From Patescibacteria group bacterium (lineage in GTDB: Bacteria; Patescibacteriota; Patescibacteriia; GWA2-46-9), in contig JBAYUF010000001.1 in assembly GCA_041675205.1 (NCBI GenBank), forward strand, positions 20,863-84,862: a DNA stretch of 64,000 nucleotides, given 5' to 3'. The notes below the pieces were generated by a model, which searched no databases, was not told where the DNA came from, and worked only from the letters and a program-made list of their open reading frames with translations. Both the position numbers and the translations under genes were made by a program. Positions 21,601-30,618 of this stretch are shown here, piece after piece (position 1 is the stretch's first letter; the number at the start of each line of letters is the position of its first letter).

Positions 21601-24231
21601 GCAGTTGGTGCTCGAACGATTCAAGTTGGTGTTTCGTCTGCTGCGGACACCATTACCATTGGCGACGCCAATGCAGACGTTTCACTAACTGATGCCAACT
21701 GGTCGGTCAGCGCCGCTGGTGCCGCCAGTTTTACTTCGGCCCTCGTGAACGGCACGCTCACGCTGCAAAATAGTGAAACACTTTCTACCGGTACTGACGC
21801 CACATTCCTCTTTGGTCGAAATGATACCGGCACCGTAACCATAACTGCAGCTGACGACGACAGCACGGCTGCGCTCACCATTCTCTCTGGCGGCGCTGCC
21901 GCACTTGGACTCGACACTGGCGGCGCTGCTGCGGTGAATATTGGTAACACGAACGCTACATCAGTATCGCTCTGCAACAGTGCTGCTTGCGACACAATTG
22001 AAATTGGCACCAACACCGACGCCGATACCATTACCATTGGTGAGGCTAATGACAACGTTGCTATAACTGATGCCCAGTGGAGCATCAACGGGAGTGGCGC
22101 CGCGAGTCTCGTTACTGTAGTTGGCTCGACCTCAGTTAGCTCTCCAATTTTCACGTCAACCGGCTCCATCGCGATTAAGCCTGGCGCAAATGCCGTAACG
22201 GCAATCCAAATTCAGCAGACGGATGGTACGAATATTTTGAACGTTGACACCACCAATAAACGTATTGGCATCGGTAATGCGGCCCCTGATTCCGTGCTCC
22301 ACATTACTGGCTCAACGGCCGGCAATGGTGCCACAGCCATAGCGGGCATGAAGTCATCGCTCACCATTAACCCTTCGGGTGGCGGTTATCAATTTGGTAA
22401 TCGTATGGAAGTGTCGGTGGCGAACACCTCGACCGCCACAACTGCTGATGGTCAATTTATTCGTATGACCGACAATACGGGCCTCGCCAATACGGTTCGT
22501 GCCCTTGAAGTTCAAGCTGATGGCGGCACCAACACGACGGGCGTAAACACTGGTGTCATTGCCTTTGGAAAAACGTTTGGTATTCAGGGCGTTACCTACG
22601 GTTCAGCCGCCGGTGTTTCGGTGCCGGCCGGCGTGTATGCGGAAACCGCCGGGACGGCGAATGGAAATGCGCTCAGAGCCTATAGCGCCACCATTACTTC
22701 TGCCGATCTTGTTAGTTTTTATACCCAAAGCAGCGTGTTAACCGGCAATGGTTTAACCATGGACTTAGGGAATGTTGGAACTGGCTCAGGTAGCTTTTCC
22801 GGTAATTTTGTCAGCTTAAAAAATGCGAGTGTTAGTAAATTTACCGTTGATGACGACGGCAGCACTTTTGTTAGCTTGACCGGTACGGCTACCACGAATG
22901 GGCTTTGTCACACCTCTGCTGGTGACGCGACAAATGACGAAATCGTTGATTGCTCAGGCGCCCCTTCAGACTTAGCCGAAAATTTTGGTACCACTGACCC
23001 AACGATTACCGCCGGAGATGTCGTTGTCGTAACTGGTACGGCAACTGTCGCAACGGTTGACGGTCTGTTTACCACAAAGGCATGGGTGGAGAAGTCGACC
23101 GCTGCGTATGCCCGTTCGGTCATCGGCGTCATCTCGACACAACCAAACCAACTGTATGCAGACAATGTATTTTCGGAAGCAGAAAATCCACGCCCGGTAA
23201 CCTTGGCTGGTCGAGTGCCAGTTAAGGTGAGCACACAAAATGGGGCAATCCAAACTGGCGATCTCCTGACGTCTTCATCGATTCCCGGTGTGGCCATGAA
23301 AGCCACGCAACCGGGCATGGTGCTTGGGCAAGCGTTGTCAGGGTTTGACGGTAGCGACATCGGAACAGTCATTACTTTTATTGCTCCGTTCTATTTTGAC
23401 CCCACAACGGTTGTTGATCCGGATGGTAATGTGACCGTGCAGCGCGGTGCAGCAACGACAACGTTGTTGGTTGATGCAGTGACAACCGCTTCCATTATTA
23501 ATCAACAAGGAAGCGGGGACTTGCTGCAGTTGCAGACTGACGGGGTAAATCGCTTACTCGTACAAAATGATGGCGCGTTTTCGTTAAATGTTCTGACGAC
23601 CGATATGACCCTTCCGGTCTTTAGTGTTCAGAATGCCGACACAACGTTACTGACATTGAACGCCCAAGGGGATCTGGCACTCCGCGGCGTACTCGTTATC
23701 GAGAACGATAGTTTCGCTGGCAGCATTGACACCGATGCCACTGGCGAAGCTCGCATTGATTTTGAATACTCGCTTGGTACTGGTAAGCCAGTGGTGCAAT
23801 TAACCGCCGAGGGCGAAATGCCAGTTCACGCGCAGGTGCTTCGTTTACTGCAAGATGAACAGGAAAATTATACAGGGTTCGTACTACGCACTACGTCGCT
23901 TGACGGGGCATTAGTAAGCGGCGCCACGGTGCACTATTTGGTTATTGCTAAACCGGCTGACTATGCGCCCGTGGGCATAAATGAGAGTACGTCGATTGTT
24001 GTCTATGATGCGCCAGCGACTAGTCAAGAAATTACCAACGTCCCGCCAGTAGAAGAAAGTGTAGTGGTGGAGAATGAAGAGGCGGTTACCGATGTTGAAT
24101 CGGTCGAATCAGTAGAGGGTACGGATACTGTTACTCCCGAGAGTGTAGCGACAGTCGAACCAGAAGTTCCGAGTGCAGAAATTGTGGCACCAGCAGATGA
24201 ACCAGTTGTCGAAATAGTTCCCGAAAGTTGA
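18679..24231 (+). CDS. Giant secreted fibre-like protein (1850 aa) with a C-terminal intramolecular-chaperone (peptidase G2-like) domain
   Basis: Signal peptide; INHQGRL...PRQRVVASGYA N-domain; two GC-x4-LKW-x5-VWAC repeats; RIGIGNAAP fibre motif; DLAENF...GRVPVKVS..NGAIQTGDLLTSS..PGVAMKA. Confidence 0.75.
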   Translation: MHFFLIRKQAGIRRRISSFVIVVALVVTGFTPGNILAATGVPNIINHQGRLLDASSNLIGGSGTNYCFRFSLYSDTTVGAPDTKLWPSGTPSTMTVEVKNGIFNVGIGDTAAGGDTLDFDFQTTDTSYLNVEVAPQVSSSCVGVSFETLSPRQRVVASGYAINAETVGGFTPAQSATGSQIPVLTSGNLFLGGTNPQLNVTGANTLTLQGGAGTGAIQFFSSSNAITSAGALTIAGVFDTASTLQAGSSNVTLTLATGFIDADALTLFAGADGASATTSTGSGLEAAADGLSLLQGCSDSEVLKWNETTDVWACAVDATGGSASLQGAYDGGAAITSSNARDLAFTLANTATDSNFAISIAADSTSTVSISRADGGATSPAQLFLLDNLDTDTAQPIALKIQSLAGTITTALDVSDAEIGTALAIGSNSITTSSGTIAATELDRLTGKDAPLVDTNDAVATAITGTGTITSGIWNAGAVTSSGAIQGTTLTATAAGGVILQNAETITNAIDGLITFTRTDANADTISISPATGGAATFAGIFTSADLTADRTWTLPNVSGTVITTGDTGSVTSAMILDGTVANGDLAAGTFTNITGTGALDAGSITANFGAINVGADSITGGAMQGTFLTATTAAFGLVIGTGVNATTLSSTASAARAISFPDVAGTLISTGDTGTVTSTMILDGTVANGDLAGSIAASKLVGSDIAAVGTITSGIWNAGAVTSSGNIDATGTLQAGSSNITITVAAGYLDGDALQLTNAGAGATSSNSGLEVISDKIGLLQGCSDGEILKWTEGTGVWACAVDGGGAAGDSVSINGSATTDSNFIDVVASATAAAINWSLNTVPAPDEISLAIGAASGTDAGIVTANAQTLGGTKTFANGLTITAGQTFTMNSDAFTDLTGTNLEVASNALRVIANPTFSTSVTTPLLQSADNGSTLTLNMPVSGADAGAHTLALQVDGNTAISVAATGDGAGAVGARTIQVGVSSAADTITIGDANADVSLTDANWSVSAAGAASFTSALVNGTLTLQNSETLSTGTDATFLFGRNDTGTVTITAADDDSTAALTILSGGAAALGLDTGGAAAVNIGNTNATSVSLCNSAACDTIEIGTNTDADTITIGEANDNVAITDAQWSINGSGAASLVTVVGSTSVSSPIFTSTGSIAIKPGANAVTAIQIQQTDGTNILNVDTTNKRIGIGNAAPDSVLHITGSTAGNGATAIAGMKSSLTINPSGGGYQFGNRMEVSVANTSTATTADGQFIRMTDNTGLANTVRALEVQADGGTNTTGVNTGVIAFGKTFGIQGVTYGSAAGVSVPAGVYAETAGTANGNALRAYSATITSADLVSFYTQSSVLTGNGLTMDLGNVGTGSGSFSGNFVSLKNASVSKFTVDDDGSTFVSLTGTATTNGLCHTSAGDATNDEIVDCSGAPSDLAENFGTTDPTITAGDVVVVTGTATVATVDGLFTTKAWVEKSTAAYARSVIGVISTQPNQLYADNVFSEAENPRPVTLAGRVPVKVSTQNGAIQTGDLLTSSSIPGVAMKATQPGMVLGQALSGFDGSDIGTVITFIAPFYFDPTTVVDPDGNVTVQRGAATTTLLVDAVTTASIINQQGSGDLLQLQTDGVNRLLVQNDGAFSLNVLTTDMTLPVFSVQNADTTLLTLNAQGDLALRGVLVIENDSFAGSIDTDATGEARIDFEYSLGTGKPVVQLTAEGEMPVHAQVLRLLQDEQENYTGFVLRTTSLDGALVSGATVHYLVIAKPADYAPVGINESTSIVVYDAPATSQEITNVPPVEESVVVENEEAVTDVESVESVEGTDTVTPESVATVEPEVPSAEIVAPADEPVVEIVPES

Positions 24232-24260
24232 GTTTCGCCAGAGCGTATACTAGTTGCGTT

Positions 24261-24288
24261 AGAAAGACGGCAGCCAGCCGTCTTTTTT
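24261..24288 (+). terminator. Intrinsic terminator
   Basis: AAAGACGGC-agcca-GCCGTCTTTTTT. Confidence 0.75.
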
Positions 24289-24292
24289 GCTA

Positions 24293-24321
24293 TTGAAAAA
24301 AGTTGAGAAACGTGTTACAAT
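24293..24321 (+). promoter_or_regulatory. sigma70-type promoter
   Basis: TTGAAA-17 nt-TACAAT; places the true start downstream (ATG 24371). Confidence 0.6.
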
Positions 24322-24370
24322 GTATGCAGAAAATCAAAAAAATAAAGAAAAAATCAATATTATTACTTTT

Positions 24371-27300
24371 ATGATACAACGTTTTCTTGGCGGTCACCTT
24401 TTTCATACAGCAGAGGAGTTGGCGGTAGGCCGAAAAGTTTCGGCTAGAAATTTTGAAAATTCAGTAACGGCTAAATCTTACTTAGCTCGTTCGTTTTTTG
24501 TCGTTGGGTTACTTGTGGGTCTGGGTTTTATTTTTGCCGCGCCGACGCCAACCTATGCCGCAGCAAAAACATGGGATGGTGGCGGTGGTTGTGGCTCCGG
24601 CACGAACAGGTACGCATCCTGCGCAGGCAACTGGAATAGCAACACACTCCCAGTAGACGGGGATTCAATTAATTTTACCGATACAAATGGGTCGCAAGAA
24701 TTCTTATGGGACAATAATACATACGGGACCCTGCCAACAACGGTTGCCTCCTTTACTACCAACTACTATGGCTCAACAAACACCCTAACATTTCAGAAGT
24801 CATTAACAGTTACCGATGAATATCACGCCACGTCTAGTGCAGATAATGTAACGATTAATAGCGGGGTTACGCTAACGGCCGGTTATTTTTTTATAACAGA
24901 TGCAACGGTTACAAATAATGGAACGATTAAATTTACTTGTACCTACGGCACCACCTGTGGCGGGACTAGCCATGACGCTGCATTTTATGGTTCTGGCGCA
25001 CTTGCCTCATCAGCTTCAACTTCAATTGCTGAATATGCAGGTACAAATCAACCCGTATATAACGCCAATTATTACCATCTAAAAATATCTGGAACAGCCG
25101 TTAACTACGGTTTTCAAATTGCAAGTAATGGTCAAATATCAGGGAGCGGGACACTAACAGCTGGTACGGGGACAACCACGTTTAGTGGTAGCGGTACCAT
25201 CAATCTTCCTAACGCTGGATTTACAACGTTGTGGGTAGGTACCAGCGGTACGTTAACAGTTAATCAGAATATTTCAGTGTCAACTAGCATTGGTGCGGGT
25301 CCGTTTACTAGTGGGAATACAATCACCTACGGGGGTACTCCGACCCTCACTATGACCGGCGGTACAATTGCCGCAGCTTCTGTGGCAACCATGAATCTTT
25401 ATAATGTAACCATCGCTGGTGCCGGAGTGACCAGCACAGGGACCCCTAACATTGCAAACGCGTTTGTAGTTAATTCTGGAGCGACCTTTAGTGGTTCTAT
25501 GGCGAAGACCGGTGGTTCAATAACGAACAATGCTGCGACATCGAGCGCCCTAACGATTACGACCCTAGCGCTTACTTCAGGCACGATAACCACTGGTTCC
25601 AATTTTGATTTGTCGACGAGTATTTCTGGGGCGGGGAATTTCACTGCCTCGGCAGGTACCATTACCATGACCATGACAAGTGGCACGGCGATAGCAGCGG
25701 GTGCCGGCACACTGACATTCAATAGCGTTGCTATTGCTTCTGGCGCCACCGTTGCAACAGGTCGTAATTTTAGTGTGGCCGGTAACTGGACGAATAGCGG
25801 CGGAACATTTACGCCAAGCACGTATACCGTTACGTTGAGTGGGGCGGGCGGTTCTACCCAAGTCATCGCAGGTAATACAACCTTTTATAACCTTACGGCG
25901 ACAGCTGCTGCGGCTCGCACCATTCGATTTACCGCTGGCACTACCACTACAGTAACTGGCACGTGGACTGTCACTGGTTCAGCTTCTCAGTTAATAACTT
26001 TACAGTCTTCAACGACGAGTGCTTGGACTATTAACCCCACTGCGGCAAGCGTAAGTTACGCAAGCATTTCTTATTCGACCAATACCGGCGTGGCATTTTG
26101 CGCTACCTATTCTACCGACGGCGGCAATAACACAAGCTGGTCAATTGGAAGTGCCGCCAGTTGCGGCGCAACGATATCTGGTACGGTGTATTCGACCGAA
26201 GGTGGAGCAGGCATCACCGGCACACCAACGGTGCGTATTAAAGTAAATGGTGCTGGCACGTATAGCACAACGGCTAGTAGTGGCGTATTTAGCGTTTCTT
26301 CTGTCGTTGTAAATTCAGGCGATGTAATCACTGTCTATTTGGACACTAACGGTGGTAGCTCAGCAGCCCTCGTTACGGTTTCTGATGGTAGTAATACGTC
26401 GAGCCTCTCCCTCTATCAAAATCAGTTGGTCGTTCGTTATGAAACTGGTTCATCCATAACGAATACGAATCTTGGGCAATACGACAAGGATAACGATTCA
26501 GACATTCATTTTACTTCCAATGCCGGTGTACTGACCGTTGATAGCGATTACGAGTTGCATATTTGGACGGGTAAGACATTTGCACCAGGTGGCACCGTCA
26601 CGGCTAATGGCGATGTGCACATTATGGGTACCTATACCGCACCAGCGACTACGACCGTGGCTGGCAGCTTCACTAACGCTGGTACTTTTACTCCCGGCAC
26701 GGGAACACTGACCTTGTCTGGTACGAGTAAACAAATTACTGGTACCCCAACCAGTGAATCGTTCTATGACCTAACCATTTCAGGCACTGTAGCAAGTACT
26801 CGTAGTTTCACTGTTTCGCACACCATGACCGTAAACGGCACCTTTACACCAGGAGCAAGCGACGTTGTTACCTTAACGGGGGCAACGCTCACGGGGTCGG
26901 GGACAGTTAAAGTTACAAGAACGACAACTATCCCAGCATTCGTTAATCAATATGCCTACACCACCCCAGCGCCAACCTTAACAAATTTGACGGTTGACTA
27001 CAGTGGTACTAGTCAAATAGTAACGAACCTAACGTATTCGAACCTCATCGTTTCCGGAACTATTACAACAGGAACGCAAACAGCAACAGTGAGTGGACTC
27101 TTTACTGTTTCGGGTACGTTTACTCCATCAGCCGGAACGATAACGTTAAGTGGGACAAGCGGCACTGTTTTAACCGTCAGTGGTACACATGCACCAACCG
27201 GCACGGCTACGACCGTCTACAGTGGCGCCAATGCTGGCGGCAATACAAACGTTGCAGCGGCTACCTACAACAACCTTCAGGTGACCGGCGCTGACACCTA

Positions 27301-29998
27301 CGACCTCGCTGGGGACACAACTGTTTCGGGTGTCCTTACTATCGGCGGCTCAGCTACGCTCGACGGAAAGACTCGTACCATCACCCTCTCCGGCACTTCT
27401 GGTACACCCTTCGTCAAAACTGGTACCTTCACTCCTTCAACCTCAACCGTTGTCTACAGTGGTGCCAATGCTAGCAGTAACACCAACGTTGCAGCGGCCA
27501 CGTACAACAACCTCCAGGTTACTGGTAGCGACACCTACGACGTAGCAGGAGACACAACTGTTTCGGGGGTCCTTACTATTGGCGCAAACGCCACCCTAGA
27601 CGCCCAAACATACACAGTAACGCTATCTGGTTCTGGTACACCACTTGTAAAGACAGGTACATTTACCGCTTCAACCTCAACCGTAACGTATAGCGGTAGT
27701 TCACCTACCATTGCAGCGACTACGTATAACGTCTTGAATCTGTCTGGCTCTGGCACAGCAGTATTGCCGAGCGGTACCCTGGCAGTACTAGACTTAAATG
27801 TAACTACTGGAACAGTTTCTGCCGCGAGCAATAACCCAACCATTAACGTCAGTGGAAACATTGCATTGTCGAGTGGTGTTACCTATACAAAAGGTTCTGG
27901 TACTACGACGTTTTCTGGTGCCTCGAAGACAATTACTGACAGTACGGCTAGCGCACAGGATTTGGGTGTAGTTTCAATTTCTGGGACCTATGCTCTCTCG
28001 TCGAATGCTAAAATGACCAGCGTAGCCGGAGCCGGAGCATTAACAACGAATGCCAATACCCTAACGTTGACCGGTTCTGGTACCGTTTTGTCTGTTACGA
28101 CATTTACCGCTTCGACTGGTTCTACGGTTACCTATACCAGCGGAAGCGGTGCTTCTGTTGGTGCAAGGACCTACTACAATCTGACCATCAATGGTACGGG
28201 TACGTTCGCTGCGGCGGGTGCTATCATTGTGAATAACGATCTGACGGTGACCAGTGGAACCTTGGCCATGGATACGAGTAACCTACAAGTTGGTTTATCG
28301 AGTATCTCAAGTTCTGGTAGCGTTAAGGTTGCGGCAAGTCAATCGCTCACTCAATCAGCCAGTGGGACCACAACAATTCTTAGTTCGTCAGCCGGAGCAA
28401 ATTGTATTGGCTCCAATGGCTCCAATTGCAGTGGGACGGCAGGAACAATTACTCTTGGTGGCTTGTCGATTGGGGATGGAGTGTCAGGCAACTTCACAAC
28501 AACTCTTGCCGGAGATGTCACTATTGCTGGTGTCCTCACTATTGCTAGTACAAACACGCTCGACGGTTCGACTCGCACCATAACCCTCTCTGACACCTCT
28601 GGTACACCGTTCGTGAAAACCGGTACCTTCACCCCTTCAACCTCAACCGTTGTCTACAGTGGTGCCAATGCTGGCGGCAATACAAACGTTGCAGCGGCCA
28701 CGTACAACAACGTCCAGGTTACTGGTAGCGACACCTACGACGTAGCAGGAGACACAACTGTTTCGGGTGTCCTTACTATCGGCGCCTCGGCCACGCTCGA
28801 CGGTTCGACTCGCACTATCACTCTCTCCGGCACCTCCGGTACACCTCTTGTCAAAACCGGTACCTTCACCCCTTCAACTTCGACCGTTGTCTATAGTGGT
28901 GCCAATGCTAGCGGTAACACCAACGTTGCAGCGGCTACGTATAATAACCTCCAGGTTACTGGCAGCGACACTTACGACGTAGCAGGGGACACAACTGTTT
29001 CAGGGGTCCTTACCATTGGCGCCTCAGCCACGCTCGACGGTTCGACTCGCACTATCACTCTCTCCGGCACTTCTGGTACACCGCTTGTCAAAACCGGAAC
29101 CTTCACTCCTTCAACTTCGACCGTTGTATTTACTGGTGACAATGGTGGTGGAACAACAACCATTCCAACAGCAACCTACTACAATCTTACAGTGAACAAT
29201 GCGAGCGAAACGTATGCGCTTGGTTCGGGGAGTCCAGTGGTGAACAATGATTTAACTATTACTGCCGGTACCCTTGACCTCGACGCAAGTGACCCGTCGC
29301 TCTCAGTAAAGGGAGACGTGGTAATTGCCGGTACGCTCCTTGGTTCGGCTAGTAGCCCCCTCAATGTTGATGGTGACTGGACCAACAATGGTACATTCAC
29401 TCATTCAAACGGTACCGTTGCATTTACGAACAGTGCGGGGTTACTGGAAACGTCAAATATTGGTGGCTCAAACGGTACGAACTTCTACTCACTCAGCGTC
29501 ACTGCGAATGGAAAGTATCTTCGATTTGCGGCCGCCAAAACGTTTGGGGTTGCTGGTGTGCTGACGATTACGGGTGGTCAAGCTATTCCCGACAACATTC
29601 GTATTTTCTCAAGTACTGTCGGGGCTGGTTCAAGTAGTGATCAGTGGCTGCTTAATCTCACTGGTTCCTCGAATGTTCTCTTCGCGATTGTTCAGAACGC
29701 TGGCTGTGCGCCAGGGTCAAGTTCTGTGGCCTCGCACTCAACGAATACAAACGCCGGGAATAACAGTGCGTGTTGGCCCTTTGGTGTTCCTGGAGCGCCT
29801 GATGTGACTGGTGGTCGTTTTGATCAACCCGGCGGGGGTACGGCTACAACCGGCGGTACAAGCCTTAGTGGAGGTATTAGTGGTGGCGGAGGCGGTGGCG
29901 GAGCACCAAGTCCTGACCGACTTGATGAACCGGGTGGTGGCGCACCGACAACGGGTGGAACTGATCAAGGAAGTGGTGGTGGAGCACCTGCTCCGTAG
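24371..29998 (+). CDS. Giant secreted Thr/Gly/Ser-rich beta-strand repeat protein (~1875 aa)
   Basis: Signal peptide ending PTYAA, KTWDGGG start, recurring F/YYNLTI motifs, 79-aa internal repeats, Gly-rich C-terminus. Confidence 0.8.
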   Translation: MIQRFLGGHLFHTAEELAVGRKVSARNFENSVTAKSYLARSFFVVGLLVGLGFIFAAPTPTYAAAKTWDGGGGCGSGTNRYASCAGNWNSNTLPVDGDSINFTDTNGSQEFLWDNNTYGTLPTTVASFTTNYYGSTNTLTFQKSLTVTDEYHATSSADNVTINSGVTLTAGYFFITDATVTNNGTIKFTCTYGTTCGGTSHDAAFYGSGALASSASTSIAEYAGTNQPVYNANYYHLKISGTAVNYGFQIASNGQISGSGTLTAGTGTTTFSGSGTINLPNAGFTTLWVGTSGTLTVNQNISVSTSIGAGPFTSGNTITYGGTPTLTMTGGTIAAASVATMNLYNVTIAGAGVTSTGTPNIANAFVVNSGATFSGSMAKTGGSITNNAATSSALTITTLALTSGTITTGSNFDLSTSISGAGNFTASAGTITMTMTSGTAIAAGAGTLTFNSVAIASGATVATGRNFSVAGNWTNSGGTFTPSTYTVTLSGAGGSTQVIAGNTTFYNLTATAAAARTIRFTAGTTTTVTGTWTVTGSASQLITLQSSTTSAWTINPTAASVSYASISYSTNTGVAFCATYSTDGGNNTSWSIGSAASCGATISGTVYSTEGGAGITGTPTVRIKVNGAGTYSTTASSGVFSVSSVVVNSGDVITVYLDTNGGSSAALVTVSDGSNTSSLSLYQNQLVVRYETGSSITNTNLGQYDKDNDSDIHFTSNAGVLTVDSDYELHIWTGKTFAPGGTVTANGDVHIMGTYTAPATTTVAGSFTNAGTFTPGTGTLTLSGTSKQITGTPTSESFYDLTISGTVASTRSFTVSHTMTVNGTFTPGASDVVTLTGATLTGSGTVKVTRTTTIPAFVNQYAYTTPAPTLTNLTVDYSGTSQIVTNLTYSNLIVSGTITTGTQTATVSGLFTVSGTFTPSAGTITLSGTSGTVLTVSGTHAPTGTATTVYSGANAGGNTNVAAATYNNLQVTGADTYDLAGDTTVSGVLTIGGSATLDGKTRTITLSGTSGTPFVKTGTFTPSTSTVVYSGANASSNTNVAAATYNNLQVTGSDTYDVAGDTTVSGVLTIGANATLDAQTYTVTLSGSGTPLVKTGTFTASTSTVTYSGSSPTIAATTYNVLNLSGSGTAVLPSGTLAVLDLNVTTGTVSAASNNPTINVSGNIALSSGVTYTKGSGTTTFSGASKTITDSTASAQDLGVVSISGTYALSSNAKMTSVAGAGALTTNANTLTLTGSGTVLSVTTFTASTGSTVTYTSGSGASVGARTYYNLTINGTGTFAAAGAIIVNNDLTVTSGTLAMDTSNLQVGLSSISSSGSVKVAASQSLTQSASGTTTILSSSAGANCIGSNGSNCSGTAGTITLGGLSIGDGVSGNFTTTLAGDVTIAGVLTIASTNTLDGSTRTITLSDTSGTPFVKTGTFTPSTSTVVYSGANAGGNTNVAAATYNNVQVTGSDTYDVAGDTTVSGVLTIGASATLDGSTRTITLSGTSGTPLVKTGTFTPSTSTVVYSGANASGNTNVAAATYNNLQVTGSDTYDVAGDTTVSGVLTIGASATLDGSTRTITLSGTSGTPLVKTGTFTPSTSTVVFTGDNGGGTTTIPTATYYNLTVNNASETYALGSGSPVVNNDLTITAGTLDLDASDPSLSVKGDVVIAGTLLGSASSPLNVDGDWTNNGTFTHSNGTVAFTNSAGLLETSNIGGSNGTNFYSLSVTANGKYLRFAAAKTFGVAGVLTITGGQAIPDNIRIFSSTVGAGSSSDQWLLNLTGSSNVLFAIVQNAGCAPGSSSVASHSTNTNAGNNSACWPFGVPGAPDVTGGRFDQPGGGTATTGGTSLSGGISGGGGGGGAPSPDRLDEPGGGAPTTGGTDQGSGGGAPAP
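27210..29130 (+). repeat. 237-bp (79-aa) in-frame repeats in two clusters (~27210-27690 and ~28510-29130)
   Basis: TVVYSGANA..NTNVAAATYNNLQVTGSDTYDVAGDTTVSGVLTIG..ATLDG.TRTITLSGTSGTP.VKTGTFTPSTS; 28624 and 28861 align at offset 237. Confidence 0.9.
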
Positions 29999-30019
29999 AA
30001 GGTATAAAGAGTAGACGAA

Positions 30020-30056
30020 GAAGTTGGGTGCCAGTGGCACCCAACTTCGTTTTTTG
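30020..30056 (+). terminator. Intrinsic terminator
   Basis: GAAGTTGGGTGCC-agt-GGCACCCAACTTC then GTTTTTT. Confidence 0.85.
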
Positions 30057-30108
30057 AAAAAGAAATGCTACACTTTCTTTACATTATTAATTTTTTGCTA
30101 CTTGAATT

Positions 30109-30582
30109 ATGCCGATTTTACGAACGGCGCCAATGAGCAGTGACGATAGTCAGCAGCGCCAATTATCGCGGCGAGGATTGCGTTCACTATTCACAACATT
30201 TTTACTCGTCATAGGTGTGTTGGTTGCTGGCTACGCCGCCTACGCAGTGAATGCAACGGGTCCATTCCCGAGTCGCGGCAAATGGCAAGCCGTCTTTTTG
30301 GCCAACGGCCAAGTGTATTTTGGAAAGTTGTCTGGGATAAATCGTCGTTACGTCACCCTTTCCGATATCTACTACTTACAGGTATCACAGGGGTTGCAGC
30401 AGGCAGCCACACCGGAAGGTGCGCCACCACAAGGACAGCCAAACATAAACTTGATTAAGCTTGGTCAGGAGCTTCACGGACCGGAAGATGCCATGCACAT
30501 TGAACGAAGTAAAGTTTTGTTTTGGGAGAATTTGAAAGACGACAGTCGGGTGGTCGAGGCAATTTCCCAGACCAAGCAGTAA
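30109..30582 (+). CDS. Membrane-anchored conserved hypothetical protein
   Basis: Single TM, then WQAVFLANGQVYFGKL and LIKLGQELHGPED. Confidence 0.75.
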   Translation: MPILRTAPMSSDDSQQRQLSRRGLRSLFTTFLLVIGVLVAGYAAYAVNATGPFPSRGKWQAVFLANGQVYFGKLSGINRRYVTLSDIYYLQVSQGLQQAATPEGAPPQGQPNINLIKLGQELHGPEDAMHIERSKVLFWENLKDDSRVVEAISQTKQ

Positions 30583-30618
30583 GCGGTTTGCCAGAACGGC
30601 AGCCGGGGCTAAGGTAGT

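Noticed and set aside
20133-23372. Long antisense ORFs (e.g. 382 aa at 20133..21281)
   Set aside because: Shadow frames of codon-biased Thr/Ala/Gly-rich sense genes
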